Numbered from the stretch's first letter, positions 19,655 to 30,934 are shown. The stretch is 64,000 nt of DNA from Candidatus Hydrogenedentota bacterium (GCA_963745075.1 CAVUWV010000024.1:224001-288000), one strand, 5' to 3'. The notes: a model not told the origin generated them from the letters alone. Numbers and translations are program-made.

Positions 19655-19698
19655 GATGCTCACGCGATTCAGGATAGGGAGCATAACCCGAGCGAGCG

Positions 19699-21053
19699 AT
19701 GAAGTCTGAGAAAGCATACATACAGACCTTTGGCTGTCAGATGAACGAGCATGACAGTTTCCGGATGATGGAGGTCTTCGGCCGTGAGGGGTTTCAATTC
19801 ACCCAGAACCCGGAGGAGGCGTCGTTGATTCTGCTGAACACGTGTTCGGTGCGGGAGAATCCGGAGAACAAGGTCTACAGTCTGTTGGGGCGGCTGCGGA
19901 AGTTGAAGCAGCGGGACCCGGATCTCATCATCGGCGTGGGCGGGTGCGTGGCGCAGCAGGAGGGCGAGACCATCCTGAAGCGCGAGAAGACGGTCGACAT
20001 GGTCTTTGGTCCGGACAACTTCTTCAAGCTGCCGGAGATGATCGCGTCGGTGCGGCGGGGCGAGCGGGTGTTGATGACGAAGTGGATGTCCCGCCGTGGC
20101 GGGACGGACCGCGTCCAGAATTTTGTGCCCGAGGAATGGGTCGAAGGCGGGCACGTGGAGGGGTGCAAGGCCTACGTGTCCATCACGAAGGGCTGCGACA
20201 ACTTCTGCACGTTCTGCATCGTGCCGTTCACGCGGGGGCGGGAAGTCAGCCGCGAGGCGGACAACATCCTGCGGGAAGTGCGGGACCTCGTCGAGCCGCG
20301 GCGCGAAGGAAATCTGGTTGCTGGGCCAGAACGTGAATTCGTATCGGGCCCACGACGTGGGGTTCTACGAACTGCTGGACCAGGTGTCGCAGGTCGAGGG
20401 GTTGATGCGCGTGCGGTTCACGTCGCCCCATCCCAACGATTGGAACAACCGGTTGTCCGACCTCATGGCCGAACGGCCGACGATCTGCAACCAGTTGCAC
20501 CTGCCGTTCCAGGCGGGGTCCGACCGCATGCTGCCGATGATGAACCGGGGCCATACCATCGACGAGTACCTGGCAGAAAGTGCGGTACATGCGCGCGATC
20601 AACCCGTCCATCGAAATCAGCACGGACCTCATCGTCGGGTTCCCGACGGAGTCGGACGACGATTTTGAGGGGACGCTCCGCGTCGTCGAGGAAGTCGGGT
20701 TCAGCCAGATCTTCCCCTTCAAATACTCGACGCGTCCCAACACGAAGGCCGCGAAGATGGAGGACGACGTCCCCCGCGCGGTGAAGGAAGAACGGCTGGC
20801 GCGGGTCATCGCGTTGCAGGAACGCATCACCCACGAGCGCACGGCGCACTACGTCGGCACCGAGCAGGACGTCCTCATCGACGCCGCCAACCCGCGTCGA
20901 CGCAACGCCATGAACGGCCGGACGGATGGGTTCCGCCCGATCACCGTCTCCGGCGGCGATTTCGAGATCGGCGATATGGTCCGGGTCCGCGTCACCGCCG
21001 CCAACTTGCATTGGTTGGAAGCGGAACCGGTGAGCGTGGCCGCAGGCGTCTGA
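19699..21053 (+). CDS. miaB: tRNA i6A37 methylthiotransferase MiaB (two frameshifts, near 20295 and 20578)
   Basis: TFGCQMNEHDS, NTCSVRE, GCDNFCTFCIVP, LLGQNVNSY, RFTSPHP, STDLIVGFP and a C-terminal TRAM domain across three frames. Confidence 0.92.
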
Positions 21054-21061
21054 ACCGGACG

Positions 21062-21228
21062 GAAGAACATCCCCCTTGATCCCCCTTCAAAGGGGGAATT
21101 CCGAACACCCAAGTCTGTTGGCATACGTGCGGCCGAGTGACAACGGTAAGGTTCTGGTAGCCGACCACGCAACGCAAAGCGTTGTGTATCATTCCCCCTT
21201 TGAAGGGGGATCAAGGGGGATGTTCTTC
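21062..21228. repeat. ~166-bp inverted-repeat element, copy 1
   Basis: gaagaacatcccccttgatcccccttcaaagggggaat ... attccccctttgaagggggatcaagggggatgttcttc. Confidence 0.9.
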
Positions 21229-21301
21229 TCGTGTTCTTTGCGTTCTCCTGGTGGCAATTTCTCCCTTCACTTCACCGGTTTCGGTCGGTATAATCCCGCC
21301 T

Positions 21302-22150
21302 ATGTCTACACAAGCCAGTATCATGGACGGCAAGACCGTCTCCAAGCAGATCCTCGACAATTGTGCGAACCGGGTGAAATCCATCGTGGAACGGACCGGC
21401 GTGACGCCGTGTCTGGCGACGGTGTTGGTGGGGAGCGACCCGGGCTCGGCGACCTACGTGAAGATGAAGGTCCGGCGGTGCGAAGCCGTGGGCATGAAAT
21501 CGTTGCGGGTCGACATGACGGAGACCACGACGACCGAAGAACTCGTCGCGAAGATCGCGGAGTTGAGCAATGACCCCGCCATCCACGGCATCCTGCTGCA
21601 ACACCCCGTGCCGAGCCAGATCGACGAGCGTGCGGCGTTTGAAGCCATTGTGCCGAGCAAAGACGTAGACGGGGTGACCATCCACAGCTTCGGGACGACG
21701 AGTTTCGATCTGCCCGGCTTCGGGTCCTGCACGCCCGCGGGCATGATGCGGCTGCTCGACCACTACAAGGTGGAGATTAAGGGCAAGCATGCCGTCGTTA
21801 TCGGGCGCAGTCCCATCCTCGGAAAACCCATGGCGATGATGCTCCTTGCGCGGCATGCGACCGTGACCATCTGCCATTCCCGCACGCAGAACCTTCCCGA
21901 TGTATGCCGTCAGGCGGACATCCTCGTCGCGGCGGTCGGCAAGCCGGAGTTCGTCAAGGGCGACTGGGTGAAGGAAGGGGCGATCGTGCTCGATGCCGGG
22001 TACAACGAGGGCAACGTGGGCGACGTCCATTACGAAGGTGCGGCGGCGCGCGCGAGCATGATTACGCCGGTGCCCGGCGGGGTCGGTCCCATGACCATCG
22101 CCACGCTCATCGACCAAACCGCTGACGCCGCAGAACGGCTGATCAAATAG
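21302..22150 (+). CDS. folD: bifunctional methylenetetrahydrofolate dehydrogenase/cyclohydrolase
   Basis: IMDGK, YVKMK, KDVDG, CTPAG, GRSPILGKP and TPVPGGVGPMT motifs. Confidence 0.97.
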   Translation: MSTQASIMDGKTVSKQILDNCANRVKSIVERTGVTPCLATVLVGSDPGSATYVKMKVRRCEAVGMKSLRVDMTETTTTEELVAKIAELSNDPAIHGILLQHPVPSQIDERAAFEAIVPSKDVDGVTIHSFGTTSFDLPGFGSCTPAGMMRLLDHYKVEIKGKHAVVIGRSPILGKPMAMMLLARHATVTICHSRTQNLPDVCRQADILVAAVGKPEFVKGDWVKEGAIVLDAGYNEGNVGDVHYEGAAARASMITPVPGGVGPMTIATLIDQTADAAERLIK

Positions 22151-22151
22151 G

Positions 22152-22316
22152 GAAGAACATCCCCCTTGATCCCCCTTCAAAGGGGGAGTTTTGCTCATGT
22201 CCGTGTGTCGACTTTTACGTCGTACTTTGTCTCGAAGCGGGATCGTTGGCGACCCATAACGCAACGCAACGCGTTGCGGAGAATTCCCCCTTTGAAGGGG
22301 GATCTAGGGGGATGTT
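22152..22316. repeat. ~166-bp inverted-repeat element, copy 2
   Basis: same terminal arms as copy 1; immediately upstream of the DUF559 gene. Confidence 0.9.
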
Positions 22317-22376
22317 ATCTTATCTATCACAGATGGTTAAGCTTGCCTGCCGAACCGAGGGGGGACTTACGAATCA

Positions 22377-22781
22377 GTGTCGAGGCGCAATCGGATAGTG
22401 GCGTACAACGCTAAACTGCGTCCGCTGGCGCGCGCGTTGCGAAAGAATAGTCCGTTGGCGGAAATCGTACTCTGGCGATCATTGAAGGGAAAAGCGCTGG
22501 GATGTGAGTTTCACCGGCAGGTTCCAGTTGATGAGTACATAATCGATTTCTTCTGTCACGAACATTTGATCGCAATTGAGATTGATGGTTCCAGTCATGA
22601 TCCGCTTGGCGGATATGCCCGCGATCAGGCCAAAGACGAACGCTTGCGTACTCTCGGGGTACGTGTATTGCGCTTTCGCGATACGCGAGTACTCAAAAAT
22701 GTCAAAGGTGTCGTTGATGAGATTCGCGGCGTTCTCGACAAAAGTGAAACCGGCGATTCACGACCTGTTGGATTGCAATGA
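22377..22781 (+). CDS. DUF559 (Vsr-like endonuclease domain) protein
   Basis: ARALRKNSPLAEIVLWRSL...FHRQVPVDEYIIDFFC...IEIDGSSH...RDQAKDERL...VLRF. Confidence 0.9.
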   Translation: MSRRNRIVAYNAKLRPLARALRKNSPLAEIVLWRSLKGKALGCEFHRQVPVDEYIIDFFCHEHLIAIEIDGSSHDPLGGYARDQAKDERLRTLGVRVLRFRDTRVLKNVKGVVDEIRGVLDKSETGDSRPVGLQ

Positions 22782-22945
22782 AGAACATCCCCCTTGATCC
22801 CCCTTCAAAGGGGGAATTTGGCTTATCCTCGTTTGAGGTGATTTACGTCTGGATGTGATCCGAGAGTAGGTTGTCGCTGGCCCCTAAGCGCGACGCAAAG
22901 CGTCGCGTACAATTCCCCCTTTGAAGGGGGATCTAGGGGGATGTT
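22780..22945. repeat. ~166-bp inverted-repeat element, copy 3
   Basis: same arms; overlaps the DUF559 TGA stop codon. Confidence 0.9.
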
Positions 22946-23045
22946 TTCTTAACGCAACTTTGCGCCGGGAAACTCAGATTGCGTGAGCATCCCCGGCCCT
23001 GGGAAGGTGGGATTAAGAGCGAGTCACGTGCGGTAGGAGTTTGGC

Positions 23046-24538
23046 ATGGAAACGGAAGTTCTGATTGCAACGAAGATTGAGGCAGACGGTCCGACGGCGT
23101 TGGTGGTGCCGGTCGCGGAAGACCATACTGGGCCGCTGTTCAGAGCCACTTGGACGAAGCGGACGCCCGTGTCGCCGCGCGGGTACTCGAATCCGGCGTG
23201 TTCAAAGGGAAAGTGGGGGATGTCTATTGCTTCCCCGCCGTGGCGGGTCCGTACGTGTGCGTGGTGTTGGTGGGGCTAGGCAAGGGCGACGTTATCGACG
23301 CAGAGCAACTTCGCCGCGCGGGCGGCAAGGTGGTGGAGTCGCTGGGTCGCCACCGCATCGAGACCTGCGCGGTCGATTTGTCGAAGAACGCGGGCTGGCC
23401 GTGCGAGGCGCTGCTCGAAGGCATCGCTCTCGGACAATACCGTTTCGAGAAGTACAAGAAACCGTCGGAAGACGAACCGCAAATATCTGTCAGCAATTTC
23501 GTGCTGCTGAACGGCGATGACGCGGTCAAGGAGCGGTGTTGCCACGCATTGGCCTTGTGCGAAAACGCGAACTGGGCGCGCGACCTTGCCAACCGGTCAT
23601 CCAACGACCTCACGCCGGGCCAACTGGCCTTCGAGGCGCGCGGTATTGCCGAGCACCACGATTGTTGCAGCTACGATTTCATCGACGAAGGTCGCATGCT
23701 CGAACTCGGTATGAACGCCCTGCTCGGCGTGACGCGCGGGGCGACCGAACCGGCCAAGGTCATCATTCTCAATTACCATTGCTGCCCCGACGCGCCGACC
23801 CTGGCCATCGTGGGGAAGGGCATTACCTTCGATACCGGCGGCGTCAGCATCAAACCGTCGCAGGGTATGGAAGAGATGAAGTTCGACATGTGCGGTGCGG
23901 CGGCGGTGCTTGGCGCGATGCGCACCGTCGTGCAGACCCGCCCGGGGATCAACGTGGTCTGCGTCGCGCCGGCCGCGGAGAACGTGGTCGGGTCCCGCGC
24001 GCAAAAGCCCGGCGATATCGTGCGCGCCTACAACGGCAAGACCATCGAAGTGAACAACACCGATGCCGAAGGACGGCTCATCCTCGCGGACGCGCTGGCC
24101 TACACGGCAGAACAGTATCAGCCCGACAAGATGGTCGATCTGGCGACCCTGACCGGCGCGGCTATCGTCGCCCTGGGCCATTACGCGGCAGGCGTCATGG
24201 CTACGGATGATGCGTTATACGCGTCGTTGCAGGCCGCGGCAGACGCCACTGGCGAACGCATCTGGCGGTTCCCCCTGTGGGACGACTACTCGAAACTGCT
24301 TGAAGGCACCCACGCGGACCTCAGCAATATCGGTCCGCCCAAGGAAGCTGGTACAATAATGGGTGGCTGTTTCCTGAAGGAATTCGTCGGCGACACCCCG
24401 TGGGCGCATATCGACATCGCGGGCACGGCCTGGGGCGGGAAAAACATCCCGTACCTGAACCCGAAACATGCCACCGGCTACGGTGTGCGCATGCTCTCAG
24501 AATGGATACGGCGAGAAGCCGGCATTGTGAACTCTTAG
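23046..24538 (+). CDS. pepA: leucyl aminopeptidase (M17), frameshift near 23140
   Basis: VGKGITFDTGG, MKFDMCGAA, NTDAEGRL, DLATLTGA and WAHIDIAG motifs; N-terminus in ORF 23046. Confidence 0.93.
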
Positions 24539-24569
24539 GTCGTTCGATAGTCAATCCAAGGATTTGAGG

Positions 24570-24735
24570 GAACATCCCCCTTGATCCCCCTTCAAAGGGG
24601 GAATTCGTCGCAATGCTTTGCGTTGCGGTTCAGAGATGCTGGGTACACGCCTCGTAAGCCAGAGTCATTCGGCAACTACCGAAAACTACGATGAGCCCAA
24701 TTCCCCCTTTCGAAGGGGGATCAAGGGGGATGTTC
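24570..24735. repeat. ~166-bp inverted-repeat element, copy 4 (core in opposite orientation)
   Basis: same arms; the internal gcaacgcaaagc hairpin lies on the minus strand. Confidence 0.88.
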
Positions 24736-24821
24736 TGCGGGAAAAAGTGGCTTCGGAAGTGTATCCTTAATCGCGGAGAATTGTATTGCGCATTCAGGCA
24801 TTAGAGCATCCTGGTCAAAAC

Positions 24822-26156
24822 ATGAGTAATTGCATCCCACATAGCGGTCAGCCTCGGCGTGCTTCCGTGCACACGCTTGGCTGCCGGCTGAACCAGTCGG
24901 AGTCGAGCCTCATCGTCGAGCGTCTCGAAGCCGACGGCTATGAAGTCGTGCCTTTCGGCGAGCCGGCGGAACTCGGCATCATCAACACCTGCACCGTGAC
25001 CGGCGAAGCAGATGCCAAGTCGCGGCAACTGGTGCGTTCCTTCATCCGGAAGAATCCCGGCGCGTACACGGCCGTAATTGGTTGCTATTCGCAAATGGGG
25101 TACAAGGCACTCTCGGACATTGAAGGCGTTGACCTCATCGTCGGCAATCAAGAGAAGCTCAACGTGCTGGACTACGTGGCGGCGGGGAAGAACGACACGC
25201 CGCTGGTTGTGCGCGACCGGATCGATCGCGACGATTTTACGATGGAAGTGGTCGGCAATGCGCCGGTAACGCGTCGCGCCAATCTGAAGATCCAAGACGG
25301 CTGCGACTTCATGTGCAGCTTCTGCATCATCCCCTTCGCCCGGGGCCGCGCGCGCAGCCGGGCGATGGATAACCTGCTGGACGACGCCCGACAGTTGCTC
25401 GAACGCGGTGCGAAGGAACTGGTGCTCACCGGCGTAAATGTTGGCACGTATGACTGCGAAGGCATGACCATCGTGGACGTGGTGGATCGCTTGGATGCCA
25501 TGGACGGCGTGGAACGGATTCGGATCAGTTCCATCGAGCCGACGACGATCCCGGAAGCGCTCTTTGAACGGATGTGCGATCCGGATCACGCGCTGGTACC
25601 TTATTTGCACATCCCGTTGCAGTCGGGTTCGAACCGCGTTTTGGAATTGATGAAGCGGCGTTACTCGCGTGAAGCGTTTCTGGCGTTCATCGAGACCGCC
25701 GACGCTGCGGTGCCGGGTCTTTGCATCGGCACGGACGTGTTGGTCGGATCTCCGGGCGAAACAGACGATGATTTCATGGAGACCTTCCGGCTCATCGAGG
25801 AAAGTCCTATCGCCTACGCTCATGTCTTCAAGTACTCCGAGCGGAAAGGCACATCGGCGTCGCGCTACGCGGACAAGGTCGATCCCCAGACCATGAGCCG
25901 ACGCAGTGCGGCCATCCGACGTTTGAGCGATGCGAAGCGCCGCGCGTTTTACGAAGCACATCTGGGGCAAACGGTTGAAGTACTGTTTGAACACCAGGAA
26001 AACGGGTATTGGGCCGGCTACACCGGGAATTACATCCGGGTCGCGGTTCGTTCCAGTGATGGGTTAGTTAACGAAATGCGCGGCGTCGATCTGTCCGAAT
26101 TGAAAGGCGATTTCGCAGTCGGTTCGCTGGTCGAAGCGTCGGCGCTCACACAATAG
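24822..26156 (+). CDS. mtaB: tRNA t6A37 methylthiotransferase MtaB
   Basis: TLGCRLNQSES, INTCTVT, LKIQDGCDFMCSFCIIP, RIRISSIEP and GYTGNYIRV motifs. Confidence 0.92.
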   Translation: MSNCIPHSGQPRRASVHTLGCRLNQSESSLIVERLEADGYEVVPFGEPAELGIINTCTVTGEADAKSRQLVRSFIRKNPGAYTAVIGCYSQMGYKALSDIEGVDLIVGNQEKLNVLDYVAAGKNDTPLVVRDRIDRDDFTMEVVGNAPVTRRANLKIQDGCDFMCSFCIIPFARGRARSRAMDNLLDDARQLLERGAKELVLTGVNVGTYDCEGMTIVDVVDRLDAMDGVERIRISSIEPTTIPEALFERMCDPDHALVPYLHIPLQSGSNRVLELMKRRYSREAFLAFIETADAAVPGLCIGTDVLVGSPGETDDDFMETFRLIEESPIAYAHVFKYSERKGTSASRYADKVDPQTMSRRSAAIRRLSDAKRRAFYEAHLGQTVEVLFEHQENGYWAGYTGNYIRVAVRSSDGLVNEMRGVDLSELKGDFAVGSLVEASALTQ

Positions 26157-26162
26157 GAAATC

Positions 26163-26987
26163 ATGGCTACACCTTCCGCCATACTCGAAGAAAGCGCGCT
26201 GGAGAAAGAGGAGCGACTCAAGGATTTGCTCCGCGACTACGGCGCGATCGCCATTGCCTACTCCGGCGGGGTGGATTCGACGTATTTGTCCGACGTAGCC
26301 CATGAGACATTGGGCGCCCATGCTCGCATTATGTTGGGCGATTCCCCCAGCATTCCGCGATCAGAAGTCGCGGAGGCTACGGAACTGGCCCGGGAGAGAG
26401 GCTGGAATTTTGAAGTGCTGTTCACCGACGAATTTGAGAACGACGACTACCTCAAGAACGACGGCACGCGCTGCTACCACTGCCGTACCGAGTTGTTCAC
26501 CAAGATGCGCGCATTCGCGGAGTCTTCAGGGATTCCGAAACTCGCGTATGGCGAAATTACCGATGACTTAGTGGATACAACCCGTCTGGGCGCAAAGGCG
26601 GCGAAGGAGTTCGCTGTGGTGGCGCCGTTGGTCGACGCGAATATGACCAAGGCGGAGATTCGTGTGTTGAGCGAACGGCGTGGCTTGCCCACGGCGGATA
26701 AACCGTCCTTTGCGTGCCTGTCGTCGCGATTCCCGGTGGGAACGCGGGTCACGATTGAAGACTTGCGGAAAGTGGAGAAGGCGGAAGAAGCGTTGAAGAA
26801 GCTGGGCTTCCGTCAATACCGCGCGCGGCATCACGGCGACCTATGCCGCATCGAAGTCGATCCCGACGACTTGCCGCGTCTGCTCGATGGCGAACTTCGC
26901 GACGCGGTTGTGGCGTCGGTTCGCGGCGCCGGATACCGATTCGTCACCATCGATCTTTCCGGCTACCGCACCGGAAGCACTGCGTGA
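26163..26987 (+). CDS. larE: ATP-dependent sacrificial sulfur transferase LarE
   Basis: AYSGGVDST PP-loop, RCYHCR, KPSFACLSSRFP and YRARHHGDLCRIEV motifs. Confidence 0.9.
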   Translation: MATPSAILEESALEKEERLKDLLRDYGAIAIAYSGGVDSTYLSDVAHETLGAHARIMLGDSPSIPRSEVAEATELARERGWNFEVLFTDEFENDDYLKNDGTRCYHCRTELFTKMRAFAESSGIPKLAYGEITDDLVDTTRLGAKAAKEFAVVAPLVDANMTKAEIRVLSERRGLPTADKPSFACLSSRFPVGTRVTIEDLRKVEKAEEALKKLGFRQYRARHHGDLCRIEVDPDDLPRLLDGELRDAVVASVRGAGYRFVTIDLSGYRTGSTA

Positions 26988-26996
26988 CGATTTGCG

Positions 26997-28407
26997 CTAC
27001 CCGATCACGATGAGGGTGATCGATTCGTAAAGCGCCGCGAAGAGCAGCAGCAATCCCGGAAGAACGACCGTCCCTACAATCAGGGGCGGAATCTTACGAA
27101 ATCCTTGGGTCCCGTCGTCGGAACGAATCGCCCGCCAAATATAGATGGGGTAGAGGCAGATTCCGAAGGCTGCGATCACGTAGGCTTCCACCTCCAACGA
27201 CAACGTGATCGAGTGGTAGGTGAACCGCGCCAAGAGATTGGTCCACAACGGGGCGAGCGCAAACCCCGCGATGGCGAGGTTCAGCATCGTCTTGACGAGT
27301 CCCCAAAACGGCACGATCAGCGACGGCGCGATGCTGAAGGTCAAGGTCTGAACGACGTAGTTGTTCCAGAAGGTGAAGAACGTTGCGCTGACGATATTTC
27401 CACTGACGTACGCCGCGCCGAGTTGTTTTAGTTCGCCCGTCGTGAAAACCTCGGTGACGTACGTGAGCACTTGCAGGTTGAGCAGCGGCACGGCGAAGGC
27501 CAGGAGCGCCGCTCCCATCAATGCGCCGTAACAGAGTACGTGAACCGTTGCGAATAGTCCTCGGAACTCGTGCATCGGCGCGATGATACCGGCCAACGCA
27601 GGGACGTGCACGAACCGGGCCAGCAACCGTACCTGTAGGACCGCGCCCCCGATTACGACCAGCAGGATTCCCAGCATCCCTCCCCAGGCGATGGGCATCG
27701 TGGTCGGGATTATCGGGGCCATCATCTGCTGGCCTTCTTCATCGAGTTTCGCAACCTCGTCCCTGGACAAGTCGCGGCGTTGCCCTTCCGGATCGAGCCA
27801 GCCCTTCGTCGCGCCTGCCTCTTCCGTAAAGAGCGGCGCTACGGAATCGTCGTAGGGAAGGAGATAGGCGAAAGCCATTCCAGCGGTTCCCCGTTGCAGT
27901 TTTCCGACGACAGTAAACGTCTGCCCGTCGACGGTAAACGTGTCCAGACGGCACAACTGCCCGGCGAGGACTTCGTGCTTACCGGGTTCGGGCGGTCTGC
28001 CGGAAGCCGTGAGCGACTGCCACACTTCCGGTGACAGATCTGGTTGCGAAGATTCGTTCCCGCATCTTGAGGCCCAGCAGCTCGACGGCTTCGCTGCCTT
28101 CGTCGAAACTCTGGAGTTCCTCCGCCAACGGAGACGGCGGGAAGTTCTCGTCGGAAATCTTGCGCGCGTATACGGTGTGCACGCCTTCCCATGGCGGCGC
28201 GCCGGAGAGGGAGATGAGGGCATCGCGCCAGACTTGGCCGGATTGCTGACGGGCCTCCCATAGCGCCATGGTCGAGATAATTAACACGCCGGCCAGCACG
28301 AATGCCGCGGGCCATCGCAACGGCCTGTTTGCCGTTGGACGCGGCGGTGGTGTCGTGGAACTCAACGGTATACTGGTTTCGACGATTTGGAATTCATCGG
28401 TGGACAT
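26997..28407 (-). CDS. membrane protein with SpoIIM-like C-terminus (frameshift near 28030)
   Basis: N-terminal TM in ORF 27979..28407; polytopic C-terminus HSITLSLEVEAYVIAAF...LLLFAALYES. Confidence 0.55.
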
Positions 28408-28470
28408 CGAAAACGGGGTACTCCCTGGATTCGAATTGCAGCGTAATGCGGCCGTTTACGACTGACGCCC

Positions 28471-29850
28471 TCAGGACTGGAAGCTCATCGACTTGACGAT
28501 GTGGTGGAGCACGTCATTGAAGAACGGCTCCTGATCGGGGCCCATCCAGGACATCAAGTACATCTCATATCCATGGGTCTCCTTGCGCGGCAGCCCATAG
28601 TATTTCTGGGGCGAAATATAGCCCACATAATCTCCCGCGAAGCTCAACACCCACAAGTCGACACCCTGTTTCGCAGCCCACGCCTTCATTTCGCGGCTGA
28701 TCTCGCCGCTCATGTCGCAGGGGGTCCCGAACAGGAACACGTCCCCCAGGCGAATGCCGGAAATCCAGGCAATATTATCCACACCGGCGAAAGAGAGGAA
28801 GTACGGTGACATGCGCCAATTCGGATTGAGTCGAAATTGTAACGAGGGCGTCTCGAAGTGGAATCCCACGGATGCCACTTCGATGCGATCGGAAAACTCC
28901 GCGCTTTCGGCATCGTTCAAGAGGAGGTCCGCGAGCGTGGTCCCCAAGGTCTCCGCTCTCGTGAAGCCATCCGGCCCGCTTGTCTGCGCGCTCATACTGC
29001 CGACGGCGCCGGCCAGAAACACTGCCATCCCACCGGTCTTGGTTTCGATGGCGCGTTCGAGGTATCCGGGATAGTCCGCGCTGAACTCCATGTTGCTGGA
29101 TCCGACAACCGTTGCATGGGCCGAGTACGACACCACGTGACAGGTCTTACCGTCCTTGTGTTGAAACACGAGATAGCTCAACTCGCTGTCCACCGGGCCG
29201 TCGTGCGCGCGGTTTTTGATGTACTCGGGCGCATCCACGCTGCCTTTTGCAAAGGTCGCGGGCTTGAGGTTCTGGTAGGCTTCGACGATAGCCGTGCCGA
29301 AGGCTTCCCCGATGGACTGGGCGACCGACTCGTCGTAGGTTCCACCGAACATCGATGCGGCGAGCCCCGGACCCCAGGCCCCGGGCCCGGAATGCGTGTG
29401 GGACGCGTTGAACAGGATGTCTTCCGGTGCAAGCCCGACGGCCTTTGAGGCCATCGCCCGTGCAATGTCGGCAACATTATCCGGCACGATGAGCATGTCC
29501 GATCCGACCAACACGGCGGTATCGGCGCCGTCGCTCACGGCAACCGCTTTCGCGTACAGCTCGTCGTGGACACCTGTCGACGGCTTCCCATGGCGATCCC
29601 CGAAGCCGGCCAGGGGCGTCCCAACAGGAGGGGTCATGCGCGCGCTCGCCCAGCCCGCCTGGAGCGTGCCGGGTTCACCGACGGTGGTGTCCTGAAAGCT
29701 CGTATCCGCGGCCTGGATGGCATTCTGATAAAACCCTTCGTCGGTTACTTCGGTTGCGGCATAGGTGGGCCACGGTCCGACGAAAACGAGAAAGAGGACC
29801 ACAAGCAGGGCCAAAACGATCCCTGCGCCGGTGAGGGTTTTCTTAAGCAT
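28471..29850 (-). CDS. neutral/alkaline ceramidase N-terminal-domain family protein
   Basis: TPPVGTPLAGF, HDELYAKA, ASHTHSGPG, YSAHAT and SADYPG motifs. Confidence 0.82.
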   Translation of the reverse strand: MLKKTLTGAGIVLALLVVLFLVFVGPWPTYAATEVTDEGFYQNAIQAADTSFQDTTVGEPGTLQAGWASARMTPPVGTPLAGFGDRHGKPSTGVHDELYAKAVAVSDGADTAVLVGSDMLIVPDNVADIARAMASKAVGLAPEDILFNASHTHSGPGAWGPGLAASMFGGTYDESVAQSIGEAFGTAIVEAYQNLKPATFAKGSVDAPEYIKNRAHDGPVDSELSYLVFQHKDGKTCHVVSYSAHATVVGSSNMEFSADYPGYLERAIETKTGGMAVFLAGAVGSMSAQTSGPDGFTRAETLGTTLADLLLNDAESAEFSDRIEVASVGFHFETPSLQFRLNPNWRMSPYFLSFAGVDNIAWISGIRLGDVFLFGTPCDMSGEISREMKAWAAKQGVDLWVLSFAGDYVGYISPQKYYGLPRKETHGYEMYLMSWMGPDQEPFFNDVLHHIVKSMSFQS

Positions 29851-29902
29851 GGGCGTTACCTTTGCCGGAGCGCGAATCGGATGAATGCGCCCCAAACGTC
29901 TC

Positions 29903-30934
29903 CTACTGGTCTACAGAAGCTTTCAACACATTGTCGTTAGCGTAACTCACAAGTTCAAACGCATCGCGCGCCTGCGCCAAAGGGAATGAGTGGGTGATGA
30001 GGGATTTGACATCAAGGCGCCCGGTGGCAACGAGATGGATCGCGGCCGGGAAATTGAAACGGAATCGCCGGCACCACGTAATCGTCAGTTCTTTGCGGCG
30101 TGCAACATCCACGGGAAAGCGACCGTATTCTTCTCCAGAGATCCCGGTGAGCACGCAGCGGCCGGCCGGGCGGGCTACGCGGCACGCGAGATCGGGGGTT
30201 TCTGTGGACCGCGCGCAGTCGATTGCCACGTCAACGCCTCGTCCGTTGGTCGCATCCATAATCGCTGCGACGGTGTCCGCATCGGATACGTTCATTGCGG
30301 TGTCGACACCATACCGTTCCGATGCGGCGACACGGTAGTCCAACAAGTCCGTGCCGAGGATGGCGCCCGCACCGGCGACTCGCGCCACTTGGGCCGTGAG
30401 CAGGCCAATGGGGCCGAGCCCGAGTATGGCCACGGCCTCGCCGGGTATCAGGTGCGCCAGTTCGATGGTGTGCAAGGCCACCGCGAGCGGCTCCATCATG
30501 GCCGCCTCGGCCGGAGACACCACGTCGGGGACGGGAAAGCAGAAGGCCGCGTGTACCGCGATATACTCGCACAGGGCGCCATCGTGGGGCGGTCCGCCGG
30601 GGAATTTGAGGCTTTGGCACACGTTATAGTGGCCTTTGAGGCAGTATTCGCAGCGCAGACACGGAATCCCGGGTTCGACTGCAACACGCTTGCCGACCAG
30701 CGTTGGATCCGCTTCGGCGCCGACTGCTTCCACGATACCGGCATATTCGTGCCCGAGAATCAGCGGATCCGTGACGACCGTCTTTCCGATCCGGCCATCC
30801 ACGTAGTAGTGCATGTCGGAGCCGCACACGCCGGTCGACTCAATGCGGATGAGGGCCTCGACGGGACTGGGCGTTGGAACCTCAACGTCGACCGTCCGCA
30901 TGTCACGGGGGGCGAACCACTTCACAGCTTTCAC
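29903..30934 (-). CDS. Zn-dependent alcohol/polyol dehydrogenase (sorbitol dehydrogenase-like)
   Basis: GVCGSDMH, LGHE, CLRCEYCLKGHYNVC and GLGPIG motifs. Confidence 0.92.
   Translation of the reverse strand: MKAVKWFAPRDMRTVDVEVPTPSPVEALIRIESTGVCGSDMHYYVDGRIGKTVVTDPLILGHEYAGIVEAVGAEADPTLVGKRVAVEPGIPCLRCEYCLKGHYNVCQSLKFPGGPPHDGALCEYIAVHAAFCFPVPDVVSPAEAAMMEPLAVALHTIELAHLIPGEAVAILGLGPIGLLTAQVARVAGAGAILGTDLLDYRVAASERYGVDTAMNVSDADTVAAIMDATNGRGVDVAIDCARSTETPDLACRVARPAGRCVLTGISGEEYGRFPVDVARRKELTITWCRRFRFNFPAAIHLVATGRLDVKSLITHSFPLAQARDAFELVSYANDNVLKASVDQ

Noticed and set aside
19699..21053. Programmed frameshifting or pseudogenisation of miaB (likewise pepA, czcA, GH95)
   Set aside because: Indels are scattered across many unrelated genes with no slippery-site pattern; assembly error is more parsimonious.
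21062..24735. CRISPR array interpretation of the repeated arms with variable cores
   Set aside because: The arms are inverted pairs, units are separated by whole genes, cores are ~90 bp and no cas genes are present in the window.
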